Origin: a virus
Length of the DNA: 64,000 bases
Strand: one strand, 5' to 3'
Virus record (IMG/VR): IMGVR_UViG_3300024261_000014
Coordinates: 1 to 64,000 of that record
Within the stretch, counting starts at the first letter, position 1. The number at the start of each line of letters is the position of its first letter. Below are positions 1-9,894 of this stretch, piece after piece. A program made the translations under genes and the position numbers. Under the pieces are notes generated by a model, which was not told the DNA's origin, made no database searches, and saw only the letters and a program-made list of their open reading frames with translations.

Positions 1-180
1 TTCATTCTGTTTTTCAATAAAATAATTACATCCAATAGGAACATTAGAAATGATTACTGGTAATTCATTATCACTTTCCTTTTTATACTTTTGGTTTTCA
101 TAATTATTACATCTAATACCTTGTCCTATACCAACCATCCATACTACATATTTACAATTTCTACAAACTTCTGATTTCAT
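1..180 (-). CDS. Small Cys-rich hypothetical protein (runs off the window edge)
   Basis: Manual translation MKSEVCRNCKYVVWMVGIGQGIRC...C; open to position 1. Confidence 0.5.
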   Translation of the reverse strand, partial: MKSEVCRNCKYVVWMVGIGQGIRCNNYENQKYKKESDNELPVIISNVPIGCNYFIEKQNE

Positions 181-210
181 TATGAGTTTTTCATCTGTTT
201 TTTATTTCTC

Positions 211-1410
211 CTATAACAAGTGTGGTTTAGCTTCTACCATACCTGCGTGTGTTACGTTTACTAATTCTACTAATGTGTGATAATCAGATATATTGTTAGC
301 ACCAACATAACTGAAAGAGCTACGAACTCCATCTGTAATATCGTGTAATATACGCTTTGTTTTTCCTTTGTATGGAATTACTTTATGATTACCTTCGACA
401 TTTTTATCACTACCTTTTGAATCTCTTGAGGCCGAACCTCTATACTTTTTAAATAACTTTTCATTAGGCCATTGACCTACTTTCTCAATTTCTCCAGGTG
501 ATTCTTTGGTACCTGATAACAAACTTCCCAACATAACCGAATCAGCCCCACAAGCCAATCCTTTACAAACATCACCAATATTACGAATACCACCATCGGC
601 AATAATAGGAACATCAAACTCATCTGCAGAATTAACGCAATCAAGTAGAGCAGAAACTTGGGGAACGCCAATACCTGTTCTAATCCTCGTTTCGCATAAT
701 GAACCATTTCCGATTCCGACTCTAATTCCATCTGCTTCTCTTTCACATAAGTACCTCGTGGCTTCGGACGTCGCAACGTTTCCTGCAATAACTTCAATTC
801 CTGATATGTCTTTTTTGATTTCTTCAATGGCTTCTCCTACATTTTTATGATGACCATGTGCTACATCTATAAGTAGAACATTACATCCATTCCATGCTAA
901 TTCTCTTGCTCGTTCTAAATAATCTCCATTAACTCCTACCGCGGCACATAATGGTAGTTTAGACCAACTCTTATCATCACGAATCATATCATCTGCAAAA
1001 TAAAATCTTTCTTTTAAATCATCCCAATCCGATTTTGTTGGTGGACTATTCCAATGTCTTACACTACTATCCCACCATTCTTGCCATTCGGTTTCTAATG
1101 TTCTTTCTGTACCATCTGTAATTCCTGGTATTGGTTTAAAATATTTAACCCACTCGCGATGTAATGATTTCATCATCTTAGATTGTTCTTCAATGGTATT
1201 AAATCTATGTATAACACCAACACCACCCCATTCCATCATCTCGACAGCCATATCATATTCTGTGACTGTATCCATAGGAGCAGCAATTAAGGGTATAGTT
1301 ATAGTAGTGTTTTTAGTAAATCGTGTAGTAAGTTCTACATCACCTCGATGTTCAACTTCTGAATATTTTGGTATGATATTTACATCATCGTAAGTATAAC
1401 ACTTTTTCAT
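211..1410 (-). CDS. guaC: GMP reductase / IMP dehydrogenase family, CBS region replaced by a Trp-rich insert
   Basis: YDDV, AAPMDTVTE, IDVAHGH, GIGNGSLCETR catalytic loop, IIADGGI; YRGSAS...NVEG is more GMP reductase-like than IMPDH-like (YRGMGS). Confidence 0.85.
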   Translation of the reverse strand: MKKCYTYDDVNIIPKYSEVEHRGDVELTTRFTKNTTITIPLIAAPMDTVTEYDMAVEMMEWGGVGVIHRFNTIEEQSKMMKSLHREWVKYFKPIPGITDGTERTLETEWQEWWDSSVRHWNSPPTKSDWDDLKERFYFADDMIRDDKSWSKLPLCAAVGVNGDYLERARELAWNGCNVLLIDVAHGHHKNVGEAIEEIKKDISGIEVIAGNVATSEATRYLCEREADGIRVGIGNGSLCETRIRTGIGVPQVSALLDCVNSADEFDVPIIADGGIRNIGDVCKGLACGADSVMLGSLLSGTKESPGEIEKVGQWPNEKLFKKYRGSASRDSKGSDKNVEGNHKVIPYKGKTKRILHDITDGVRSSFSYVGANNISDYHTLVELVNVTHAGMVEAKPHLL

Positions 1411-1420
1411 TAATAACCTA

Positions 1421-1522
1421 TTATTTGCGTATTCTTTTCAACAACCATATCCAATATAATATAGTTAATATTCCCATAATGAGTAATATCAGTTGGTCTG
1501 TTTCTGTCTGTTGATGGACCAT
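1421..1522 (-). CDS. Possible 33 aa membrane peptide
   Basis: Manual translation MVHQQTETDQLILLIMGILTILYWIWLLKRIRK; one hydrophobic helix and a basic tail. Confidence 0.35.
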   Translation of the reverse strand: MVHQQTETDQLILLIMGILTILYWIWLLKRIRK

Positions 1523-1570
1523 AATCTTTCATATTAGTCATCATTCCACTCATATATAAATATCTCATAA

Positions 1571-2377
1571 TTATATTTCTATCCTATTTTCTTGATTAGA
1601 TTCTCCAGCAGTAAACTTGATATTATCGTTTACTATAGTTCTAAATAAATCTATATCCAATCCTAACTCATCAACTAAGTTAGCTAATCCTTTAGTATCC
1701 TTTGGCAAACAAGTACCACCGAATCCACCAAACTCTTTATTCACTCGTAAATAATGTCCATCACCTATTCCATGAAATAAGAACGTATCCTTAACAACAT
1801 CATAGTTAGCACCAACCTCACCACATATCTTACTAAATGCATTAGCAAATGTTACTCTCATAGCTTTATAACTATTACTGAAATACTTCACCAGTTCAGC
1901 TTCAATTGGTTTCATCACGACAGTATGTGTGGGTAGTACTCCATGACATTCCTTAACACATAATTCTACTAGCGGATTATCAGTACCAATAACTAATACA
2001 TTATTGTTATATATAAAATCTGATACCGCACACTTCTCACGAAGAAACTCTGGAACAAAACTTAAATTAAGTATCTCTCCATATTGTTCTTTCCAATTGG
2101 TTAGTGAACCTGGTTTGACTGTACTCTTGATACAAACAAATCCACTATACTTCAAATGATATAACTCTCGTAATACACTTTCTACTATTGTAACATCACA
2201 ATCACCATTCTCAGTACTTGGTGTAGGTACTGATATATAAACAATTGGACAATCCAATACATCTTCTATATTTGTTTCTAATCGGATATCGTGAGCAATA
2301 ATATTATGTCCTTGAGTTTTAAATCCCTCGGATATAGCATTACCTACAAATCCCTTACCTATTATTCCTATGTTCAT
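1571..2377 (-). CDS. UDP-glucose/GDP-mannose dehydrogenase family (short form)
   Basis: GKGFVG Rossmann motif, VPTP, KST, PEFLRE, AELVKYFSN, GFGGTCLPKD; start moved to MNIG because a promoter occupies 2390-2419. Confidence 0.9.
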   Translation of the reverse strand: MNIGIIGKGFVGNAISEGFKTQGHNIIAHDIRLETNIEDVLDCPIVYISVPTPSTENGDCDVTIVESVLRELYHLKYSGFVCIKSTVKPGSLTNWKEQYGEILNLSFVPEFLREKCAVSDFIYNNNVLVIGTDNPLVELCVKECHGVLPTHTVVMKPIEAELVKYFSNSYKAMRVTFANAFSKICGEVGANYDVVKDTFLFHGIGDGHYLRVNKEFGGFGGTCLPKDTKGLANLVDELGLDIDLFRTIVNDNIKFTAGESNQENRIEI

Positions 2378-2389
2378 TTTAATTTCCTT

Positions 2390-2419
2390 AATATACGGCT
2401 TTTTTACTATTAAAGTCAA
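2390..2419 (-). promoter_or_regulatory. Sigma70-like early promoter TTGACT-N18-TATATT (copy 1)
   Basis: Same architecture at 7 sites in the window. Confidence 0.75.
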
Positions 2420-2427
2420 GTATTATT

Positions 2428-3921
2428 TTAAAATACTTTTACGCCATATCGTTTAGTAAACTCCACACCATCTTGATAAGTGTTTACAATGGGTTGTCCT
2501 TTTATGTTTAGACTGGTATTGAGAACCATAGGACAACCCGTGTTTTTGTAAAATTTATTTATCAGATTGTAGAAGTTTGGATTATCATCTTTACTTACTG
2601 TCTGCACCCTTGATGTATTATCTATATGACATATAGCAGGATACTTCTCTGGATACTTACACTTCGCTACATACTGCATATACTGAGATTTCTTCACGGG
2701 CATTTCAAATATCTCGTGTGCGTGTTCCTCAAGTACTGCAGGAGCGAATGGTCGAAACTCTTGTCGTTTCTTAATTTTATTTACTTTATCTTTAATCTCG
2801 TTACCTCGTGGGTCTGCCATCAAAGTACGATTCCCCAAAGCACGAGGCCCGAACTCCGCTCTTCCGTTCGCGACTCCAACGATGTTCCCTTTAAGAAGCT
2901 CGGTTAGAAGTTGCTCGGTTGGATATTCTCCTAAGATTTCTTTTCCAAGAAAACAATTATGCCAGTTCACATGCTCACCCAATATATATGCGGCACTCCC
3001 TAACGATGAACCCCCATCACCTGGATTCGGGAGTATCCATAAACTTGGGTAAAGTTCGTGTGCTATCATAGAGTTTGCTACACAATTTAATGCAACTCCA
3101 CCACCATAACATATATCATTTGTTTCAGGTACTAATTGTTTTGCTTTCTGAAATACCTTATATATCTCATCCTCACATATACTCTGTACATTTGCTGCTA
3201 TAGTGAACTTCCATTCATCTGTACCATCATCTGGATAATACTCTGAATCCCAATCTAAACATCCTCTATGTAAATTCTTATTGAAGTGTAAAAGTTTTTT
3301 CTCACGAAAAAAGTATTCCTTAATCTCTCTCTTTAGTTTTGGAATAACCTTACCCCAACCTGCCATACCCATTAGTATGTACTCGTCCTCTTGTGGTTTT
3401 AATCCCAACCTTTGTGTCATAGCACTATACCACAATCCTAATGAATGTGGATATCTTTGAGACCATCTCTTCTCGAACTTACCATCTTTAGCATACCATA
3501 TAGTACAAGTTTCCCACTCACCGATTGCATCAATACAAACGATTGCTGATTCTTTATAAGGTGATGAATAATAGGCTGCACTGGCGTGAGATAAATGATG
3601 GTCAACATAATGATGAATCTTATCTATACCGAATTGTTTTAAATGTGCAGTTGGAAGATTTGTTTTAGCGAATGCTTCTGAATATTGTCCTGCATATATT
3701 TGTCGTAACTTCTTACTCCAAGGTCTTTCGAAATACACCACCTCATCCCAATCACCATATCGTTTTACATCGGCAAGGATTTCATTGTTAAGTAGTGAAT
3801 CATTCTTGATACCACTATATCGTTCACTATGTCCAGCGAACAAGATTTCGTTATCGTGTAACAAGGTAACACATGCATCGTGGTTCAAAGCATTAATACC
3901 TAATATTTTTCGTTTTTTCAT
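2428..3921 (-). CDS. NodU/CmcH family carbamoyltransferase
   Basis: HDA, ERYSGIKND, HHLSHA, DAIGE, GGVALNC, EFGPRALGNR, FRPFAP, LNTSLN. Confidence 0.93.
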   Translation of the reverse strand: MKKRKILGINALNHDACVTLLHDNEILFAGHSERYSGIKNDSLLNNEILADVKRYGDWDEVVYFERPWSKKLRQIYAGQYSEAFAKTNLPTAHLKQFGIDKIHHYVDHHLSHASAAYYSSPYKESAIVCIDAIGEWETCTIWYAKDGKFEKRWSQRYPHSLGLWYSAMTQRLGLKPQEDEYILMGMAGWGKVIPKLKREIKEYFFREKKLLHFNKNLHRGCLDWDSEYYPDDGTDEWKFTIAANVQSICEDEIYKVFQKAKQLVPETNDICYGGGVALNCVANSMIAHELYPSLWILPNPGDGGSSLGSAAYILGEHVNWHNCFLGKEILGEYPTEQLLTELLKGNIVGVANGRAEFGPRALGNRTLMADPRGNEIKDKVNKIKKRQEFRPFAPAVLEEHAHEIFEMPVKKSQYMQYVAKCKYPEKYPAICHIDNTSRVQTVSKDDNPNFYNLINKFYKNTGCPMVLNTSLNIKGQPIVNTYQDGVEFTKRYGVKVF

Positions 3922-4583
3922 TGTTCAATCCTCGTTTCTTTTAACTTACTTTCTAACACTAAAAAGTTATGGTATGAAAAACAAAACCCATGCATATAGT
4001 GTCCATTATTGGTAGGTTCATCCCAACTCCATTCTCTATCTTTCTGATGTGTTTCTTGTAAGAAAAGTAAATTGAATAAGTTAGCGTGTAAATTAGAACC
4101 CTCTTGGTTATAAATAAAAGTATTATCGTTAGGTAGTGTTACTCCATCAACATTAGGATGAACTCGAAGTGATGAAGTTAAAGATACAATTGGTCTATCA
4201 TATTTTTTATTAATAACATCTACATTTGATATTGCAGTATAAAGTTTTTCAAGGTCGTGTTTAAAATCTGTTCGTGTACATACAACTACATCATAAGCAA
4301 ATCCATTTTTCATTTCATACGATTCTTTTAATCTAATAACCTTATTGATTAGATAACAAGATTTTGCAGTTCTATCATTTCCTTTAAAATGCTTTACTTT
4401 AAATTCAGCCAAACATTCACTCTTAGTAAAGGGGAACTTGATATCATATGTATGAATCCAAGTACTCATAAAAAAATCAAAATCATACTCATCAGAACTC
4501 CACTCTGAAAAGTGATTTTTAAATAACTCATCACCTCTAATCTGTCCATAAATACAAACAGCGATTCTCTTTTTCATTCTCAA
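3918..4583 (-). CDS. Hypothetical glycan-related protein (GT-like)
   Basis: IAVCIYGQIR N-terminus and YDVVVCTRTD, a pattern I associate with polysaccharide loci; probable ATG start at 4577. Confidence 0.5.
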   Translation of the reverse strand: MRMKKRIAVCIYGQIRGDELFKNHFSEWSSDEYDFDFFMSTWIHTYDIKFPFTKSECLAEFKVKHFKGNDRTAKSCYLINKVIRLKESYEMKNGFAYDVVVCTRTDFKHDLEKLYTAISNVDVINKKYDRPIVSLTSSLRVHPNVDGVTLPNDNTFIYNQEGSNLHANLFNLLFLQETHQKDREWSWDEPTNNGHYMHGFCFSYHNFLVLESKLKETRIEQ

Positions 4584-4620
4584 TAACCCATTGTTGTTAA
4601 AACCAGTCTGTATATAAATA

Positions 4621-5001
4621 TTAGATTAAATCCTTAAAATACAAAAAAACTTCGTGAGTGAAACGAGCGAACCCTATCCCCATAATATTATAATAGAAAT
4701 CCTCTTTACTAAATCCATCTGCGTTACTAAGTGATGTTCCTTGATACACCTCGAATAATAAACCTATAGAAGTACTTAATAACATCGCATCTAATTGTGG
4801 GTAAGGTAAGGTATCAGAGAGTATAGTAAGAGATGTGTAGAAGAAGTAATACAAACCAAACGAAGTAGTGAAGTGTGCTTTCTTATCTAATTGTAAATCC
4901 ATAGTATCATCACTAATTTTAAAATCACTATCTTGTGAGTATAAAATTCCTGTAAGGAATAACATAGTTAATATTAATAGGTATGTAGTGTTGAATATCA
5001 T
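4621..5001 (-). CDS. YfiM/VanZ-like membrane protein
   Basis: Signal peptide, DKKAHF, E..QG...GFSKED..YN..G pattern. Confidence 0.55.
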   Translation of the reverse strand: MIFNTTYLLILTMLFLTGILYSQDSDFKISDDTMDLQLDKKAHFTTSFGLYYFFYTSLTILSDTLPYPQLDAMLLSTSIGLLFEVYQGTSLSNADGFSKEDFYYNIMGIGFARFTHEVFLYFKDLI

Positions 5002-5099
5002 ATAAATAAATATAAGGTTATAGAAGGAAAGTGACGCAATAAATAATAATGTAGATACTATTGGATACTGCGGACGATAGGTTTACCTCTTAGGTAAGG

Positions 5100-5560
5100 G
5101 TGTTAACAACTCCCTATAGGTGAAAAAAGCCACGCCGATATGAGCACGAGTATGGCAGTCTGACATTTTGTCATACTTTTGCCGATTCACGATTAATAGC
5201 CCCACCCCCCCTTCATCATGACATAATGTCATATATTATCCGCATAAATCTTTTGTGCTAGCTTGTATTCAATTTAATGGTGTTACTTGCATGCAGTATA
5301 AATGTGTGACAATTTGTCGTAGTGGTGAGTATCACTACCCAGTACGCCATTATTGTACTCACGTGAGTAGTATTGTACTCAGTATAATTATCGCATTAAT
5401 CTTTAGTGCTAGCTATTAATAGGTTGATATTCTGTGTATCAACCCTATAAGGTTGATAATCTATAGTGTGCTTGTATCTTTTTTAAGGTTAACGCAGTTC
5501 GAGTATTACTTTAAGCCATCGATAAAGTATTACTTTAAGCTTTTCCAGTACATATGTCGG
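5100..5560. repeat. Non-coding region rich in palindromes and direct repeats (candidate origin or packaging site)
   Basis: TGACA-N3-TGTC(A/G) at 5161, 5219, 5307; ~28 nt direct repeat at 5235/5387; TATTGTACTCA x2; AGTATTACTTTAAGC x2; palindrome TACTCACGTGAGTA. Confidence 0.6.
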
Positions 5561-5639
5561 GCGAATTATAGGGGATATTGGCGAGATTGGGGGAGTAATC
5601 CAAGTGAATTGCACGCATATTTAGCTATACAGCCACTCT

Positions 5640-5669
5640 AATATAAGGCTTTTTGCCAATACAAGTCAA
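5640..5669 (-). promoter_or_regulatory. Early promoter copy 2, pointing into the non-coding repeat region
   Basis: TTGACT-N18-TATATT. Confidence 0.7.
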
Positions 5670-5679
5670 GTAAAATCGC

Positions 5680-6393
5680 TCAATTATCTAAAGTTTTTTG
5701 AAATTCTTCGAATGGAATATACTCTAATTCGGGCGATTCTATTAAAGTATTACTTGAAGCTGGTGCGGGCGGTACTAATATATCTGTCTCGCTAGTCGTG
5801 GAAATGGGCTCGATGTTCTCAAACTCGTCTATTGAAGTCTGAATCGTGATATCTTTCTGTAGTAATTCATCTATAGCTATTACTAATGGAACATCCCTAT
5901 GACGATACCACCCCTTCTGAGTACTGGCTAAAGTGTATATGCAATTCAAACATAACACTCTAAGGTTGTCTAATTTGGTATTATTATGGTCTTTATCTAA
6001 AAAATCTATCACTAAGGGGGGTGTTTTGTCCAAAATATTAGTACAATCATACCCGCATTCACTACATTTTTGTTCTAAATACGCTTCATTTAGGGCTTTT
6101 TTCAACAAAACAGTCTCACGAAATGGTGAAGGATTCTCCCCAGTAAGTATTTTTTTCAAATCATACGGCGAAACCTTAGTACTATTACGTTTTCTAACGC
6201 CCTTTGAACTGGGTAATGGGGTCCATAACTCGTATTGTTTAGCGTATTTCCTGAATGTTTGATACGATAAGTTAATATACTCCGCTGCCATTCTCATCGA
6301 TTGGGTAGATTTAATTGCATACTCAACGCGTTGTCGAGATGGTTGCTTAGATGGTCTACCACCTACGTTCTTATTATTAATACTAATGGCCAT
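5680..6393 (-). CDS. HTH plus degenerate HNH/Zn-finger endonuclease-like protein
   Basis: SMRMAAEYINLSYQTFRKY HTH-like segment; CxxC...IDFLDKDHNNTKLDNLRVLCLNC. Confidence 0.65.
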   Translation of the reverse strand: MAISINNKNVGGRPSKQPSRQRVEYAIKSTQSMRMAAEYINLSYQTFRKYAKQYELWTPLPSSKGVRKRNSTKVSPYDLKKILTGENPSPFRETVLLKKALNEAYLEQKCSECGYDCTNILDKTPPLVIDFLDKDHNNTKLDNLRVLCLNCIYTLASTQKGWYRHRDVPLVIAIDELLQKDITIQTSIDEFENIEPISTTSETDILVPPAPASSNTLIESPELEYIPFEEFQKTLDN

Positions 6394-6550
6394 AACAAAT
6401 TCCTATATAAAATTAAACCTTGTAAATCAAGGCGTATGAGCAGTATATTTCTTAGTTTTATATACCTATACTAATAACACCTATGTATGATAATAACTAT
6501 CATATTCTGATAAAAAGTGTTATAAAGTGGGTAATGGTGGGTGAATATAC

Positions 6551-6742
6551 CTATTTGGTATATTTATCGACTATGTCGAGTATCTTCTTGGGTAGGTCGC
6601 GTTTAATACAAATTAATATAGTGAGTATTACTATTAAATGATTCGTATATGGATTAGGGGGAATGGAAACTTCGAGTGCAACGAGAACTGCTGCAATCAT
6701 TTGGAATGTATATAATAGCCGTTCACGAATGTGGTGTTTCAT
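6551..6742 (-). CDS. Small membrane protein
   Basis: Two hydrophobic segments; TATTTAT motif upstream. Confidence 0.5.
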   Translation of the reverse strand: MKHHIRERLLYTFQMIAAVLVALEVSIPPNPYTNHLIVILTILICIKRDLPKKILDIVDKYTK

Positions 6743-7127
6743 ACGTAGTATATCTCTATCATATACATAAATATAGAGACAAGAGATTAATCTCTTAAAG
6801 TGTTATAAATAAAATATTGCGGGACACCACCCCATTGGGTAAACCCCACTCAGAGTATAACCTTATAAATTATAGTAAAATTAAGGATATAACCTTATTA
6901 CTCATAGATATACTTTATAAATTATTAATACCACGCACCAAACTACAATACTCCACCACTTAGGTAATAAATCTTTCATATTAATTGATACGCTAATATA
7001 CTAAGTATTATAATTAATATAATTCCCAAAACTTTACAACTCATCTCTTCAAAGTTACTCATCATCATCCCTATCTAATTTATCAAATTTAATCTCACGC
7101 AATAACACCATCGGTGGTGCACCATCA

Positions 7128-7238
7128 CTAATACCTAAGTATCCATCTACTACCACACTTATTACATTTAGTTAAGAAGCTGATAAATTCATACCACTTG
7201 GTTCTTTTCCAAGTTCTTTTACATTTTAAACATTTCAT
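7128..7238 (-). CDS. 36 aa zinc-ribbon peptide
   Basis: Manual translation MKCLKCKRTWKRTKWYEFISFLTKCNKCGSRWILRY; AAGGAG RBS. Confidence 0.6.
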   Translation of the reverse strand: MKCLKCKRTWKRTKWYEFISFLTKCNKCGSRWILRY

Positions 7239-7261
7239 AATTTTCTCCTTTTAAAAACAAA

Positions 7262-7663
7262 CTACTCACTATCATCATCATCATCATATATTCCATCATA
7301 TATCGGGTTCTTCTTTATATTCGTTGTATTGGTATCACCATTCCAATCTTTATCTATCTCATCCACTTGGTCGTAGACCGAAAAGTACTCCGCTCGTTCA
7401 ACACACTCTTCCAACTCAAACGGGTCATCTACATCATCAATAACTTTGGTATCTCTTGAATCAATCGCCGATTTTAATAAAACTCTTGACCAATCCTCTA
7501 TATACGATATACCAAGATTACCGATTGTGATGATTAACTTAAATATCTCTTTTAATAATGACCCTATTGTAGATTTGGAATGTGCATTGGTCGTAGACCG
7601 ATTTGGTTTTATATTATCTAATTTTGACATCAATCCCTCCTCGATTCGTAAGAATCCAACCAA
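7262..7663 (-). CDS. Hypothetical acidic protein
   Basis: ORF; likely start at MSKLD after GGAGG. Confidence 0.55.
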   Translation of the reverse strand: MVGFLRIEEGLMSKLDNIKPNRSTTNAHSKSTIGSLLKEIFKLIITIGNLGISYIEDWSRVLLKSAIDSRDTKVIDDVDDPFELEECVERAEYFSVYDQVDEIDKDWNGDTNTTNIKKNPIYDGIYDDDDDSE

Positions 7664-7888
7664 TGATTCAAAGGCAACTTCATCATATAATAATGTTTAT
7701 TTCCTATCTCTACATAATCGGGTATATCTTGATGTAATTCTTGATTTATAATTGTGATTCTCAACCTATCCTTAATCTCATCCCCTATATAATCCGGCCA
7801 TATTCACTCCAACAACCATATAATGGATTATCGGAGGGCACGATTCGATACGGGATAATCTCGGGAGTTATATTTGGTCGTAGACCGA
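7367..7888. repeat. Three exact copies of the 15-mer TTGGTCGTAGACCGA (GTA-triloop hairpin)
   Basis: Copies at 7367-7381, 7587-7601, 7874-7888. Confidence 0.8.
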
Positions 7889-8024
7889 TATGATTGTCAA
7901 GTTTATATTCATTTGGTATTAATGGTAACGCCGAATTAGGATTATATCCCGTTTGGCCTTTTAATACACTAACCATTAATGTAATTAAAACTAATATTAT
8001 ATGTAATTTACTAATTCTTGTCAT
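7785..8024 (-). CDS. Hypothetical secreted protein
   Basis: Signal-peptide-like N-terminus, AAGGA RBS. Confidence 0.5.
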   Translation of the reverse strand: MTRISKLHIILVLITLMVSVLKGQTGYNPNSALPLIPNEYKLDNHIGLRPNITPEIIPYRIVPSDNPLYGCWSEYGRII

Positions 8025-8035
8025 TTATATCCTTT

Positions 8036-8098
8036 CGAGATTGTGAGAATGATTTGGGGGGATTCGTTAGAATCTTCCCCAAACACTCTCGAGTCTCG
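8036..8098. terminator. Long intergenic stem-loop (terminator or processing site)
   Basis: TTTGGGGGGATTC-gtta-GAATCTTCCCCAAA with outer CGAGATT/AGTCTCG. Confidence 0.55.
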
Positions 8099-8178
8099 TA
8101 CTTTGTGGTCTCTTTCCGTTCCTATATATATACATATATAGAATCTAAAAAAAAGTCGTTACTTTGTTTAGCAAGTCG

Positions 8179-9792
8179 TTACTTTGATTGTAACGCCCTT
8201 ACTTTGTCAAGGTAGTATCTATAGGTTGGTGGTGCATCAAATCCCAAGTCTGATATGTCAATCAACTCCTTGTAGATTTTTACACCTTTCAGTCTTTCAC
8301 TTGTCATAATAAATAATCTGTCTTGAGCGTATGAATCAAGTGCGCTCTGAGTTATATTATGTGATATACCTATTATATACTCAACTCTTCTATCCTTGAG
8401 AGCATATGCGTACAACTGATTCCTGTCGTTTCTTCCGAAGTCTTTCTTCTTCATCTCACACAACCACTTAGGAGTCTTTTTTCCTAACACCCCACCGGAT
8501 TTCCATATCATATACACCACGATATCATATCTACCATTATCCTTAGAGATTTCCTTTTTGGTTATGGCCCTTTTCTCATCTTCAGTCATATCATTCATCG
8601 GTCCCAAACCATGCTTGGTTCTCCACTCGTTACTCGTCCCAGTACCCATTTGATTCTTCACAATGATATCATATTGGAACAGCTGTCCACCCTTTTCAAC
8701 TTGAGATACATCTGGATATAGTTGCAATAGTAATGGTTGAATGGTTTCAAGTACATCAGTTTGGAATGATGCAGATAGACCCTCGTACTTATCTGTTTTC
8801 ACCATATAGGTAGCAACCTCTTTAGAATCTACCCACACATCGATGAACTTGTTGTTTAGAGATAACATCCCATTACCCGTTCTCAAAGGTAGTAGATTTG
8901 CCATCTGTCCATCTGAACCATTATACTTCAATCGAATCATAGGTTTATCACCTATCCATTTACTCAACTTATTCTCACCATCAATTTTACCAACACCATC
9001 AATGTTCAACACGATAGATGATTTCTCACCTGGTCCATCATCAGCACCAGGAGATTCAACAACTACTTGATTACTCATTCCACCACTACCATCAGGTAAT
9101 GAATTGAACTCTGATGAAGTTCTGAGTGTACCATTTTCATTTATCCAAGTGGGTGACCAAGGTTCTATTGGTTTACTCAACTCAGAATTATCAGCAGCCT
9201 GATTCATACCACTTACCAATATAGTATGAGTTCTTCCAACCAATATTGGTTCAGCATCATACTCAGCAATTTGAGTTCTGAGTTTATCAATCCAATTCTT
9301 GTATCCACCCATCCTTGAAGTACCTTTCACGAATCCCTTTACTTGGAATTTGTGATTTGGCATCGGTTCTCCGATTGTGATAAAATCCTCTTCTGCCTGA
9401 TGGTCATAATTATATGGATTACCATCTACATCTTCCCAAGACATATCCAAATCTCCACAATACTTACCGACAGTACCTAATCCACTACCGAATATAGAAG
9501 AACCATCTTTGTCCTTGAGATTTAACTTACCATCTTTGACAGTATCTTCGTTGATAGTATCCTCTTCCAACTCAGATATCGTTGGACCACATACATCTTG
9601 TTCGTATGTTACCCACGCACCACTTTTTACTACATCAATCTTCCATACTATGTTCATTGCCTCAGGTGGTATATTGGTTATCAACTCGAACCAAACCACC
9701 TCTGGCTTTGAACCTATTAAAGTATTCAATTCTTCAGTTTTTGCAAGTCTTTTAGTTTTACCTACAATACTGGTCTTTACTACTTTACTCAT
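8179..9792 (-). CDS. Putative GHKL-type ATPase fused to a PD-(D/E)XK nuclease
   Basis: FELITN, QDVCG, SIFGSGL resemble GHKL N/G1/G2 boxes; C-terminal RYDIV...CEMKK...NQLYAY. Confidence 0.5.
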   Translation of the reverse strand: MSKVVKTSIVGKTKRLAKTEELNTLIGSKPEVVWFELITNIPPEAMNIVWKIDVVKSGAWVTYEQDVCGPTISELEEDTINEDTVKDGKLNLKDKDGSSIFGSGLGTVGKYCGDLDMSWEDVDGNPYNYDHQAEEDFITIGEPMPNHKFQVKGFVKGTSRMGGYKNWIDKLRTQIAEYDAEPILVGRTHTILVSGMNQAADNSELSKPIEPWSPTWINENGTLRTSSEFNSLPDGSGGMSNQVVVESPGADDGPGEKSSIVLNIDGVGKIDGENKLSKWIGDKPMIRLKYNGSDGQMANLLPLRTGNGMLSLNNKFIDVWVDSKEVATYMVKTDKYEGLSASFQTDVLETIQPLLLQLYPDVSQVEKGGQLFQYDIIVKNQMGTGTSNEWRTKHGLGPMNDMTEDEKRAITKKEISKDNGRYDIVVYMIWKSGGVLGKKTPKWLCEMKKKDFGRNDRNQLYAYALKDRRVEYIIGISHNITQSALDSYAQDRLFIMTSERLKGVKIYKELIDISDLGFDAPPTYRYYLDKVRALQSK

Positions 9793-9894
9793 TTTACTTT
9801 CCTCTTTTTATTATTCATTAGTTAATTATTTTACTCCATTATATTATATAGAGTGGAGAAAGAAGCGATTGCCATACTTTTATTTTCACTTTCT

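Noticed and set aside
5560-5637. tRNA-like start (GGCTGTATAGCT on the minus strand) after the promoter
   Set aside because: No T-loop TTCGA, acceptor stem or cloverleaf could be built
5100-7900. CRISPR array
   Set aside because: Repeats are short, few and irregularly spaced; no cas operon; the Cas4-like nuclease at 36.8 kb is a stand-alone phage type
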